Assembly (NCBI GenBank): GCA_947575605.1
Contig: CANPNZ010000008.1
Location: forward strand, 476 to 64,475
Direction of reading: 5' to 3'
Source of the DNA: an uncultured Clostridium sp.
GTDB lineage: Bacteria; Bacillota; Clostridia; TANB77; CAG-508
Length of the DNA: 64,000 nt
The notes below the pieces were generated by a model. That model was not told the origin of the DNA, searched no databases, and saw only the letters and a program-made list of their open reading frames with translations. The stretch's first letter is position 1; the number at the start of each line of letters is the position of its first letter. Shown here piece by piece: positions 52,723-62,765 of this stretch. The translations under genes were made by a program, and so were the position numbers.

Positions 52723-53285
52723 AAAACATAATTTTATTTTTAATTTTTATGATATATGCTACTTTCATATTTTTTATCAATGATGCTGTTTTACTAGTTG
52801 CAGTATTGCTAATCAATATTTTGGCAATGCTACTTTTTAAGGTGAAAATAACAGCAGTGATAGAGAATATAGTTAAAATACTACCTTTTATTTTGTTAAC
52901 AGTAGTGATTAATTGTATTTTGTCCCATTATGAATATGCTATTTTGGTAGCTATCAAATTAATGCTGGTTTGTAATATTACTTTTATTTATTCAAAAACT
53001 ACTACGGTAAGGGAAATAGCTTTTACCATAAAATGTTTTTGTATGCCCTTGAAGTTAATAAAAGTCAATCCAGATGATATCGAATTATTAGTTTGTATTT
53101 CTTTATCTATGTTGCCTATTTTAAAAAGAGAATATTTACAGTTAAAGGATGCGTGTGTCGCAAAGGGTATGGATCTGAATGTTAATAATATGAAGCCGAT
53201 TTTTACGAAATTAATGATTTCTGTTATGAAACGTGTTAATGAAATTGAGGAATCTATGATTGAAAAAGGATATGGCGAAATATAA
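52719..53285 (+). CDS. ecfT: ECF transporter T component (short)
   Basis: TM helices, P.L..E...L..A..AKG and M..KGY motifs; in ECF operon. Confidence 0.75.
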   Translation: MKNIILFLIFMIYATFIFFINDAVLLVAVLLINILAMLLFKVKITAVIENIVKILPFILLTVVINCILSHYEYAILVAIKLMLVCNITFIYSKTTTVREIAFTIKCFCMPLKLIKVNPDDIELLVCISLSMLPILKREYLQLKDACVAKGMDLNVNNMKPIFTKLMISVMKRVNEIEESMIEKGYGEI

Positions 53286-53288
53286 AAG

Positions 53289-53464
53289 AAATAAAAGTAT
53301 AAAAATTTTAAAAAAGCTCGGTCAAGCTAATTTTCACAGAACTTTTAAAGTGATTTTATGGTTCCCTTTCACGTCAAGCGTGAACTATTTCCATAAAATC
53401 ACTTAAAAATTTCTACTTCAATTAGTTTCCATTCGCTCTTTTTTAAAATTTTATACTTTTATTT
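53289..53464. repeat. ~175-bp imperfect palindrome with internal loops (second hairpin follows at 53476-53540)
   Basis: AAATAAAAGTATAAAA../..TTTTATACTTTTATTT and AAGTGATTTTATGG/CCATAAAATCACTT arms. Confidence 0.85.
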
Positions 53465-53556
53465 AAGGTAATACTATAAATATTTTGAGGAAAAGACCGA
53501 TAGGTAGACCCCAGCTATGTTTTTTCAAAAAATATTTATATCATACCTTAAAAGAA

Positions 53557-54051
53557 TTATTTTTTTAAATAAACTTTTTGTACATACAACTTATTAGCAA
53601 ATGATTGAACAACATTTCTAAGAATGTATTGTTCTTGAGAAAGTTTGCTATTTTTAATATAATTTTTTTCAGCAAAAACAATGCGAATCGCTTTTTCCAA
53701 TTCAGAGCAGAAGCGGTCATAAGCTTGTTCAATCGGAGAAGTTTGAATGGCTAAAGCAATTAATTTTTTAATATCATTTATACTATACACTTCTTTTAAA
53801 ACAAAAATAACAAACAAAGAAGCAATATGTTCTTTATTATATTTTTTGTTAATGGGAGGTTTTATGGCACTATGTTTTACATAGTTATTAATCATCGTTT
53901 TTGTTATAATTCTTTCTTCTTTTTCATTATCATTTTTAATATAGCCAGCCAAATATTGTTCTAAAAAACAAACTAATTGGTCGATATATAAATCTATATT
54001 AGGAAGTTCATGCCATCTAGGCAAATGAAAATTTTCAATTTCTGTATTCAT
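53557..54051 (-). CDS. DUF1836 family protein
   Basis: LPRW.ELP.IDLY.DQ, TKTMINNYVK, KKY...H. Confidence 0.9.
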   Translation of the reverse strand: MNTEIENFHLPRWHELPNIDLYIDQLVCFLEQYLAGYIKNDNEKEERIITKTMINNYVKHSAIKPPINKKYNKEHIASLFVIFVLKEVYSINDIKKLIALAIQTSPIEQAYDRFCSELEKAIRIVFAEKNYIKNSKLSQEQYILRNVVQSFANKLYVQKVYLKK

Positions 54052-54166
54052 CCCGAATCACCTCATAATACTTATCATAACATGATTAGACCCATTAGTC
54101 AATCACTTGACAAGATATTTGATGTGTGATAATCTAGTAATCAATACTAGATTAAGAGGTAAAATT

Positions 54167-55889
54167 ATGGGAAGAGAAAAATATTTTGAAGCAAAAGAAT
54201 TTGAAAATGTCAAAGACCTTATCTATGATGCTGTAAAAAAATATAATGAAAAAACGGCTTTTGTTATCAAACACAAAAAGGAAAAAGAAATATCATATGA
54301 AAATATAAGTTATACACAATTATTAGAAGAGGTGAATCGACTAGGAACAAAATTTTATGACTTAGGTTATCAAAATAAAAGAGTTGCTATTGTGGGAAGA
54401 AATCGTTATGAATGGGTCATCACACATTTAGCCAATTTGCTAGGTGGAATTATTAGTATTCCGTTAGATAAAGAATTACAAGTCGAAGAATTGGAAAGTT
54501 GCTTAGTTAGAAGCAAAGCAGATGTTTTGGTATTTGATGAGAAATATAGTGAAAATATAGAAGAAATTAAAAAAAGAGGAAATACCAAAATAGAAGATTA
54601 TATTAGTATGACAAATCAAGAGGGATATATGTCCATACCAGAATTAAAACAGCAAGGAAAAGAAATCTTAGAAGCAGGGAATAAAGAATATATAGATGCT
54701 AAAATAGATTCTTACAAAATGAATATATTGTTATTTACCTCAGGAACGACATCAAAGTCCAAAGCGGTTATGCTTTCTCAAAATAATATTGCTTCCAATG
54801 TATATAGTATGCAATTAGTAGAAGATATTAGAAAAGAAGATACCAATATAGCATTTTTACCATTCCACCATATTTTTGGTTCTACTTGTATGGTGGTTAT
54901 GCTTGCTTTTGGTGTGAAAACAGTATTTCCCGATGGACTTCGTTATATTGCCCAAAATTTAAAAGAATATAAAGTTTCTATTTTTGTAGGAGTTCCTTTA
55001 TTAGTAGAAGCAATTTATAAAAGAATAGAGCAAGGAGTAGCCAAAAAAGGAAAAACCAAAATGGTTGCATTTGCTAAAAAAATAAGTAATTTCTTATTAA
55101 AATTACGGAATCGATGTCCGCAAAAAATTATTTAAAGAAATTTTAGATGAACTAGGTGGAAGTTTACGATTTGTAATTTCTGGAGGTGCGCCACTAGATA
55201 GAAGAGTATCGCAGGGATTTAATGAATTGGGAATTAATGTCGTACAAGGATACGGATTAACAGAAACATCACCAGTCATTGCCGCTGAAAATTGTAAAAA
55301 GATGAAATATGGTTCCATTGGCTTTCCAATGGAAAATGTAGAATTAGAACTTTACAACCAAGATGAGCAAGGAGTAGGAGAAATTAGGGTAAAAGGACCA
55401 AATGTTATGCTTGGTTATTATGAAAATGAAGAAGCAACCAATGAAGTCTTAAAAGATGGTTGGTTCTATACAGGTGATTTAGCTCATTTTGACAAAGAAG
55501 GATATTTATTTTTAGCTGGTAGAAAAAAAGATATGATTGTTTTGAAAAATGGTAAAAAAGTATTTCCAGATGAATTAGAAACTTTGATTAATCGTTTGGA
55601 AGAAGTAAAAGAATGTATCGTTTATGGTATGCCAGATAATAAGGATAAAAATGATTTAAAGCTTTCTGTTAAGATTGTTTATGAAGAAGAAGTAGTTAAG
55701 GAAAAATATCCGAATGCCACACAAGAGGAATTAGAAGATATCATTTGGCAAAAGATTAAAGAAATTAATAAAACATTTCCACCTTATAAGTATATTAAAA
55801 ATATGATTTTAACAAATCAAGAATTGATTAAGACAACAACAAAAAAAGTAAAAAGAAATGAGGAAATTAAAAAGCTTTTAGAGAAATAA
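54167..55889 (+). CDS. Long-chain acyl-CoA synthetase (AMP-binding); +1 shift at CGG 55106-55108
   Basis: FTSGTTSKSK in the first frame; GIDVRKKLF...GGSLRFVISGGAPL, QGYGLTETSP, GWFYTGD, GRKK in the +1 frame. Confidence 0.92.
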
Positions 55890-55916
55890 AAAAAGAGAAA
55901 ATCGGGTAAAACATTT

Positions 55917-56270
55917 TTACTCGATTTCTGTTATTTTTAAATTAAACTTATCTTCAAAAACTTTCTTTTTAGCAATATATTCTTTTGTCTTAACACCTTT
56001 TACATCAATAATTTCGGTAGAATTATCTTTGTGGAATACAATAAAATCAGCCTTATATTTTAATTTAGGTGCTAACATAAAGGTGGGTTGTAAGCAAAAG
56101 CCATTAATTTCTTTTCCTTGTAATCTTAATTTTAATTCACAATAATAGTCCGCTTCTTTTTGACTATCAAAAGTATGACCATCAATGGATACTTTATTGG
56201 CTCGATATTTACTATTTCTTTTATTTCCATTGGTAAAATTTTTATAATCATCTACTGTCCAGTGTTCCAT
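55917..56270 (-). CDS. DUF1064 family protein (PD-(D/E)XK-like, often phage-associated)
   Basis: SKY.A.KV.IDG.TFDS.KEA.YY, LQP.F, YKADF, DVKG. Confidence 0.85.
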   Translation of the reverse strand: MEHWTVDDYKNFTNGNKRNSKYRANKVSIDGHTFDSQKEADYYCELKLRLQGKEINGFCLQPTFMLAPKLKYKADFIVFHKDNSTEIIDVKGVKTKEYIAKKKVFEDKFNLKITEIE

Positions 56271-56338
56271 CCCATTAACTCCTTATCTAATTTTGTATTA
56301 TTATACAGAAAAAAATAGAAAAGTGCAATAAAAATCTA

Positions 56339-56532
56339 TTCAAGTTTCGACTTTTTGTAAGTCTAGGTTATAATATAGAATTTTTGCCACACTGCGTAAG
56401 CGACCAAACGAGCTATTGGCGAGTGCGATTGGAGCAACCGACAGATAAAAATTCAATTTTGTAGGTTGCGACACACAAAGTGTAAAAAAATTATATATTA
56501 TAACCTAGACTTACAAAAAGTCGAAACTTGAA
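56339..56532. repeat. ~195-bp palindromic element with long terminal inverted repeats
   Basis: TTCAAGTTTCGACTTTTTGTAAGTCTAGGTTATAATATA and its exact reverse complement at the other end. Confidence 0.9.
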
Positions 56533-56601
56533 AAAATCTGTACTTTTTTCACAATGTATGATAAAATAGCATAAATTACTAATGAGGTGAAATAGAAGCA
56601 C

Positions 56602-57831
56602 ATGGAAAGTGAAAAAATAGACAGAAGAAAAGCGATATTAGCCAATCGTATCATTCCTTACTTTATAGGAATATCAGATGATTTAATGTTTTTTATAGCG
56701 ATTAATACACTATTTCTAACAGTAGTAAAAGGATTATCGGCGGCTCAAATATCATTTTTATCCACAATTACAAGTTTATCTTACATTTTAATACAAATAC
56801 CAGCATTAAAATTGATATATAAAATAGGAAATATAAAGTCAATAAGATTAGGAACGATTATGCTATTATGTAGTGCCTTATTGATAACATTTGGAAATAA
56901 TTATATAACCATTGTAATAGGATATATTTTATATCAGCCATCTTTTTTATTTAAAAAGATGGAACAAGTCGTACTAAAAAATAATTTAGCGTATCTTAAT
57001 AAACAAGATGATTATATAAAACTAGCCAATAAGGCACACATTATATATGCTATTATAACAATGATAATAGCATTAATAGCAGGAAGTATATTTGCTATTA
57101 ACCACTATATGCCAATGTATTTATGTATTGGAATTTGTATGATAAATATTTTGCTATCATTTTGCATTTTTGATATTAATGGGAGTCAGAAAAGAGTTGA
57201 AAAAACAGAGACAAAGGAAAAAATTAAGTTATCGAAATTAATGGTAATAATTCTTATATCATTTGCATTGTTGTATCCAACTATCAATATTGGTCAAAGT
57301 AATACTACATTGTTTATACAATACAATTTGCAACAGTATTTTGATGTAGGTTTAACAGCTACTTATTTAAGTTTTATCATAGTTTCTTCGCGAATTGCTA
57401 GAATTTTGGGAAACATGTTATTTGGAAAATTATATATTAAATTTAAAGATAAAGTAAATTTAATCTTATCAACTGCAACGATAATAGCATTTGCTTGTGT
57501 TTTAATAGGAAGTTGTTTAGAATTTTCTATGATTGTTAAATTTATATGGATGACAATTGGATTTGATTTAATCTTGGCAGTAAGAGATCCTTTTGATACT
57601 TATATCACAGATTTATTATTAAAAAATACAGGAATGGAAGAACAACAAAAAGCCATTTCTTATTTGCAACTATCAAGAAGGATAGTAGCGACTATTATAA
57701 ATTTATTATTTTCAATGTTACTACTTAAGATAGACTTGTTTTATATTATTGTATGTTTGATGATTTTTGCTATCTTAAGTTTAGGTATCAATACAAAATT
57801 ATATAAAATGGTAAAGGAAAATAAAGAATGA
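56602..57831 (+). CDS. MFS-type transporter
   Basis: About 12 hydrophobic helices, 409 aa. Confidence 0.7.
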   Translation: MESEKIDRRKAILANRIIPYFIGISDDLMFFIAINTLFLTVVKGLSAAQISFLSTITSLSYILIQIPALKLIYKIGNIKSIRLGTIMLLCSALLITFGNNYITIVIGYILYQPSFLFKKMEQVVLKNNLAYLNKQDDYIKLANKAHIIYAIITMIIALIAGSIFAINHYMPMYLCIGICMINILLSFCIFDINGSQKRVEKTETKEKIKLSKLMVIILISFALLYPTINIGQSNTTLFIQYNLQQYFDVGLTATYLSFIIVSSRIARILGNMLFGKLYIKFKDKVNLILSTATIIAFACVLIGSCLEFSMIVKFIWMTIGFDLILAVRDPFDTYITDLLLKNTGMEEQQKAISYLQLSRRIVATIINLLFSMLLLKIDLFYIIVCLMIFAILSLGINTKLYKMVKENKE

Positions 57832-57847
57832 TACAGGGAGGCAAAAT

Positions 57848-58744
57848 ATGCCAGAAATTTTAATACAACTGCTAGAAGAACAATATGGAAAAGAAAACGT
57901 ACTAAAAATAGTACAAGGTTATCAGGCTAAAAGAAAAACAACTTTTCGAGTCAATACCTTAAAAAGCAGTGTGGAAAAAATAACTAAATTATTAGAAGAA
58001 AATAACATAACTTATCAGAAAGTGAAATGGAGCAATGAAGCTTTTATGGTAGAAAATGTGTCAGAAAAAGAAATCAGAAATTTAGACATATACAAAAAGG
58101 GAGAAATATATCTACAAAGTTTATCCTCTATGCTGCCACCAATCATCTTACAACCAAAGGAAGGAATCGATTTATTAGATATGGCAGCAGCACCAGGAGG
58201 AAAAACAACACAGATAGCTGCTATTACTAACAATAAGGCAAATATCACAGCGTGTGAAAGAAATAAAATTCGAGCAGAACGATTGAAATACAATATAGAA
58301 AAGCAAGGAGCAAAAGTATATCTTATGATACAAGATGCCAGAGAAATAGATGACTTCTTTTCTTTTGATCAAATTTTATTAGATGCGCCATGTAGTGGAA
58401 GTGGAACCATTCATTTAGAAGAAAACAAAAAAGAAGATATTACAGTAACACAAATTCAGAAAGCTTCTAAAACCCAATTAGCACTTTTGAAAAAAGCAAC
58501 CAATTTATTAAAAGCAGGAAAAGAAATGGTGTATTCAACTTGTTCTATTTTAGCAAGTGAGAATGAGAGTATCCTTCAAGAAGTGTTAAAAGATAAAAAA
58601 ATTGAAATTTTGCCAATTACTTTAGAAGGAATGGAAGAAATACCGCTTTTGCCAACTAAAATAAAAGGCACTCTATGTGTGTGCCCTAATGAATACTTTG
58701 AAGGATTTTTTATCGCAAAACTTAGAAAAATTGCTAACAAATAA
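57848..58744 (+). CDS. RsmB/RsmF (NOL1/NOP2/Sun) RNA m5C methyltransferase
   Basis: DMAAAPGGKT, ILLDAPCSGSG, VYSTCS, EGFFIA. Confidence 0.92.
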   Translation: MPEILIQLLEEQYGKENVLKIVQGYQAKRKTTFRVNTLKSSVEKITKLLEENNITYQKVKWSNEAFMVENVSEKEIRNLDIYKKGEIYLQSLSSMLPPIILQPKEGIDLLDMAAAPGGKTTQIAAITNNKANITACERNKIRAERLKYNIEKQGAKVYLMIQDAREIDDFFSFDQILLDAPCSGSGTIHLEENKKEDITVTQIQKASKTQLALLKKATNLLKAGKEMVYSTCSILASENESILQEVLKDKKIEILPITLEGMEEIPLLPTKIKGTLCVCPNEYFEGFFIAKLRKIANK

Positions 58745-58754
58745 GGAGAAAATA

Positions 58755-59075
58755 ATGTATTATATTTATATGTTAAGATGTGAAGATAATTCTCTATATA
58801 CTGGTATTACTACTGATGTAGAACATAGAATGAAGGAACACTTTAGTAAAGTAAATGCTGCTAAGTATACCCATAGCCACACTGCTAAAAAATTAGAGGG
58901 GGTATGGGAAACAGAGAATAGAGTACTGGCTTCAAAATTAGAATATCATATCAAAAAGTTGACAAAAGCCAAAAAGGAAGAATTGATTGTTAAAAATAAT
59001 TTAGAAGAATTGTTGCATCAAAAAATAGAAGCTAGTCAATATAAAAGGCTAGAAAATCTTATATTTTGTCCATAG
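58755..59075 (+). CDS. GIY-YIG nuclease family protein (UPF0213)
   Basis: YIYMLRC.DNSLYTGIT, R..EH, AKYT, E..IKKL. Confidence 0.9.
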   Translation: MYYIYMLRCEDNSLYTGITTDVEHRMKEHFSKVNAAKYTHSHTAKKLEGVWETENRVLASKLEYHIKKLTKAKKEELIVKNNLEELLHQKIEASQYKRLENLIFCP

Positions 59076-59634
59076 GACTAGTATTATAAATACTAGCAAT
59101 AGTACCAGTTTGTTCGGCTGTTGTAACAACGATTGGATAATAATTGTTTTTAGCCATCCATTCGTAAACTTCATAAGAATGATTACAGCTCATAGTATAA
59201 GCATCTTTTAGAAATTGTCTTAAATTAGCATTGGTAACTTCCATAGAAGAAATGGCATATTCTTTACCAGCTCTTTTTAAGGTTAAGAAGTAAGATAAAG
59301 CAATTTCTCTATCTGTTAGTTTGGTAACATTCGTATTTACAGTAACAGGTTCTGCTGGTTTTGTTTCGTTTACATCTTCTGTAAAAATAGATCTATTCAA
59401 TTGGGGAACATTAAGATTACCAGTTGCTGTATCAACATTTTTTACAAATTCTACTTTTCTATTATAATCTTCGACATGGATTGGAAAATGCGTATTTAAT
59501 AAAGATTTTAATTCTTCATCAGTTACTTGATTTTTAAATAATGACATACAAGTAATCGTATTAACACAACTTGTAATTAATTCATTTAAATAACTTAATT
59601 CACATATTGTTAATTTCAATAAAAACACCTCCAT
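59059..59634 (-). CDS. Spore coat protein (CotF-like)
   Basis: LTDREIA, E.TN..LR..L, W M..NNYY C-terminal Coat F pattern. Confidence 0.7.
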   Translation of the reverse strand: MEVFLLKLTICELSYLNELITSCVNTITCMSLFKNQVTDEELKSLLNTHFPIHVEDYNRKVEFVKNVDTATGNLNVPQLNRSIFTEDVNETKPAEPVTVNTNVTKLTDREIALSYFLTLKRAGKEYAISSMEVTNANLRQFLKDAYTMSCNHSYEVYEWMAKNNYYPIVVTTAEQTGTIASIYNTSPMDKI

Positions 59635-59804
59635 AATTTATATGAAATAGTATGACCTAACTTCCTAAAAATTATAAGGGTATCAACTTGGAAAAAAATG
59701 GGCAGTATTAAAAATTTAAAAAGGTTGAGAACATTTGTATTATATGATATAATTTGAAAATCAGATAAGAGAAGCAAATAATATAATGAGAGGAGAAAAT
59801 AAAT

Positions 59805-60034
59805 ATGTCATTTATATTAGCTCAGATTTGTGGGCTTATTGAGTTACCGTTATTTATACCTATGGTCTATGGCAAGATAATGTAACCATAATTAGGATAA
59901 CAACAGGAATAGCAGGACTAGGTTGGATGATTTATGATTTAATCGTTATGGCATATGTAGGAGCAACACAAGAATTTTCACAATTAGTATCATCTATTGT
60001 TGCACTAATTAGAAATAGTAGTAAAAAGGAATAA
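59805..60034 (+). pseudogene. YgjV-family membrane protein remnant with internal deletion
   Basis: AGGAG RBS, MSFILAQICGLI fused out of frame to YTYGLWQDN...WMIYD..V.AY.G C-terminus. Confidence 0.6.
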
Positions 60035-60086
60035 AAGAAGAGGAAATTGTTAATCCCATATAAAAATAATAAATAGAGGAATAAAA

Positions 60087-61361
60087 ATGGAAGAAACATT
60101 GACGATAAAAAAACAGTTAAAAATATCAGTACCAATAGCACTCGAAAATTTTATAAACATTTTAATGACATTGATTGATACATTGGTAATAGCAACATTA
60201 GGAGTAAATGAATTAGGAGCAATAGGGGCTATGGCAGTGGTATTGAATATCATGCAAATGTCTATTCAAGCAATGAATATATCAAATATGGCCTTAATTG
60301 CAAAATCATTAGGTGAAAAAGAAGAAACAAAGACAAAAATAATAACAGGGAATGCCATTATACTTACCATTATAATAGCACTTATCACTATTTTATTCGT
60401 ATATAGTATTAGACCTGTTTTTCCTGGATTATTTAATGTAGACAAAGTATGTATTACCTATATTACAATAAGATTAATGGGATTTATACAAAGCTCTATT
60501 GTGACAATATTAACAGGCTATCAAAGAACAATTGGTAAACAGGGATTTATCATGATATTGAGATTAGTAGCACTTGTAGTTAATTTACTATTGGATTTAT
60601 TCGTTGTAAAATTAAATTACGGAGTAGAAGGAGTAGCTTGGGTAACAATTATGATAGATTCCATCCTTTGCATTTATTTGCTCTTAAAATGTAATACAAA
60701 GATTAGCTATAAAATCCAAAAAGATACCATGAAGCAAATCTTTCACTTATTTAAATGGAATTGTTTAGAAAGAATTGTTACAAGAGTAGACAATTTTGTA
60801 TTTAATATTCTTGTTTCTAGGATAGGTGCTTTAGAATATGCAGTACATGTTATTGTGATTCAAGTATGTGATGTATCGCAAGCTTTTATACAAGGATTTA
60901 GTGATGGGATAACAATTAGCATAGGGATAGAAACAGGAAATAAGATGAAAGAAGGAATGGCTAATGCTAAACAAGTAATCAGAAAACTTATTAATATATT
61001 CTCGTTTATTGTACCATTTATTACATGTGTAATTGCTATTAGCATTGCTCATATATCCTTAAAAGAAAATCAACTTTTATGGATTTTTTATTCTGTATTG
61101 CCATTGATGTTAATAGGTCAATATGCAGAAATTAGTGGAACTTATTATTATGGAATACTTCGTGGTATGAGAGAGTTTCGATTTTTAGCTCAACGAAATT
61201 TTGTAACATCAATCATAAAAATAGTAGTAGCTACCATTTTGTCCTATACGTCCTTAGGAATTATAGGAGTATGGATAGCTTATACAGTTTATTGTCTTGT
61301 ACAAAAATACATATCTAAACTTAAATATGATAAAGTATGTACAAAAGATAACATGCTATGA
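60087..61361 (+). CDS. MATE family efflux transporter
   Basis: P.ALE...IDT..IA.LG, NL.LD..F..YGVEGVAW, LG..GVW. Confidence 0.85.
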   Translation: MEETLTIKKQLKISVPIALENFINILMTLIDTLVIATLGVNELGAIGAMAVVLNIMQMSIQAMNISNMALIAKSLGEKEETKTKIITGNAIILTIIIALITILFVYSIRPVFPGLFNVDKVCITYITIRLMGFIQSSIVTILTGYQRTIGKQGFIMILRLVALVVNLLLDLFVVKLNYGVEGVAWVTIMIDSILCIYLLLKCNTKISYKIQKDTMKQIFHLFKWNCLERIVTRVDNFVFNILVSRIGALEYAVHVIVIQVCDVSQAFIQGFSDGITISIGIETGNKMKEGMANAKQVIRKLINIFSFIVPFITCVIAISIAHISLKENQLLWIFYSVLPLMLIGQYAEISGTYYYGILRGMREFRFLAQRNFVTSIIKIVVATILSYTSLGIIGVWIAYTVYCLVQKYISKLKYDKVCTKDNML

Positions 61362-61376
61362 AGGAAGGATATAGAA

Positions 61377-61835
61377 TGCTAAACATACGAGAAATCGATT
61401 TATTTAGAGATGCCACTTATATAGAAGAAATAGAAGAAGGGTATCCTAAAAGAAAAAAATATAAAGTAGTTACTCCTACCCAAAAGACGATAGGGAAATA
61501 TGTTAGAACAACAAAAAAATTATTTCTTTATTGATATAGACCCAATTAATTTAACAGTTCCAGTTTATAATATATATTATAGTTTATTTTGGTTCTTATT
61601 GCCAAATTGTGAGAAAAAAGAAAAATGCTTTTTAAAAGGATTTATGCAAACAATAGATTCAGAAAGAAGATTAATAAAACAATTACACTTTTTTTTAATA
61701 GCAGATTTTATCAATGAGTTAGAAATGTTATTGAGGGATAAGTTTGATGATTTAAAGAAAGAAAAGGTATGGTTGAAACAAATGCTTTTTAATGAAAATA
61801 ATATCATTGAAAAAGTAATATATGAAAATGAGTGA
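61377..61835 (+). pseudogene. Aminoglycoside phosphotransferase-like remnant (internal deletion/frameshift)
   Basis: N-terminal IEEIEEGYPKRKKYKV fused out of frame to GNML...YFFIDID kinase-like C-terminal part. Confidence 0.5.
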
Positions 61836-61847
61836 AGGAGGAAACTT

Positions 61848-62474
61848 ATGTCTAAATGGGGAATGGAAGAAACAGAAACGATAGAAACTTTAAATAGAAT
61901 TGGATTTAAAGGGAGAATTCTTAATATAGCAGCTGGAGATGGGAGATTTAACGAAAAACTTTTAAACTTAGCTGATGAAGTGGTCGCTGTGGATAGGAAT
62001 GAAAGTGAACTAAAAGAATTAGAAGACAGATGTCCGAAAAATTTAAAAAATAAATTGTTTACACAATGTATGGATATTACAAAAAAATTCCCATTTGAAG
62101 AAAACACATTTGATGGTATATTTTGTACTGGTACTCTGCATTTGTTTAATATAGAAATAATAGAAAGTATACTAAGAGAAATAAAAAGAGTATTAAAAAA
62201 CAATGGTAAAATATTATTAGATTTTGCAACAGATATTTCAAGATTAGATGGCAATAATAATCCAGTCATTTTTGAGAAGGAAGGAAGTTATACAACGGGA
62301 CAAGCAATTGAATTATTTGAAAAGAATTTAAAGGATTTTGAAATTAAGATAGAAAAAGCTAGTTTTAGGGAAGAAAATCTACAAGAAAGTGCAGGATATC
62401 ATTCTATCGTAGGAAACTTTTTAATAATTACTGGAGAAAGTAGGATTCGAACATCTGAAATAGAAGAAAGATAA
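61848..62474 (+). CDS. Class I SAM-dependent methyltransferase
   Basis: ILNIAAGDGR, VAVD, FPFEENTFDGI, RVLK.NG. Confidence 0.85.
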   Translation: MSKWGMEETETIETLNRIGFKGRILNIAAGDGRFNEKLLNLADEVVAVDRNESELKELEDRCPKNLKNKLFTQCMDITKKFPFEENTFDGIFCTGTLHLFNIEIIESILREIKRVLKNNGKILLDFATDISRLDGNNNPVIFEKEGSYTTGQAIELFEKNLKDFEIKIEKASFREENLQESAGYHSIVGNFLIITGESRIRTSEIEER

Positions 62475-62489
62475 ATAAAGGGAGGAAAT

Positions 62490-62765
62490 ATGTTCAAATT
62501 ACACTCAGATTACAAGCCAACAGGCGACCAGCCACAGGCAATCGAATATTTAAGCAAAGGAATTAAAGAAGGTAAAAAATTCCAAACGCTTTTAGGCGTT
62601 ACGGGTTCAGGAAAAACATTCACAATGGCAAATATAATTGAAAAAGTACAAAAACCAACACTCGTTTTAGCACACAATAAGACACTAGCAGGACAACTAT
62701 ATAGCGAATTCAAAGAGTTCTTTCCAAAGAACAATGTTGAGTACTTTGTTAGTTATTACGATTAA
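62490..62765 (+). pseudogene. uvrB: 5' part of excinuclease ABC subunit B, interrupted after ...FVSYYD
   Basis: [46 protein letters not shown] then TAA instead of YYQPEAY. Confidence 0.9.

Noticed and set aside
154-55108. Ten independent pseudogenes or homopolymer sequencing errors as the explanation of the split genes
   Set aside because: The extra base is never in a run, is always C before GG at a codon boundary on the coding strand, and hits essential genes whose halves are otherwise intact. An artefact cannot be fully excluded without reads.
154-55108. Simple CGG sense-codon reassignment (to Trp, Gln or Gly) as a triplet
   Set aside because: Triplet reading leaves the ribosome in a frame that soon stops; homology continues only in the +1 frame.
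55917-56270. Prophage around the DUF1064 gene
   Set aside because: It is a single phage-type gene with no integrase, structural or replication genes nearby.
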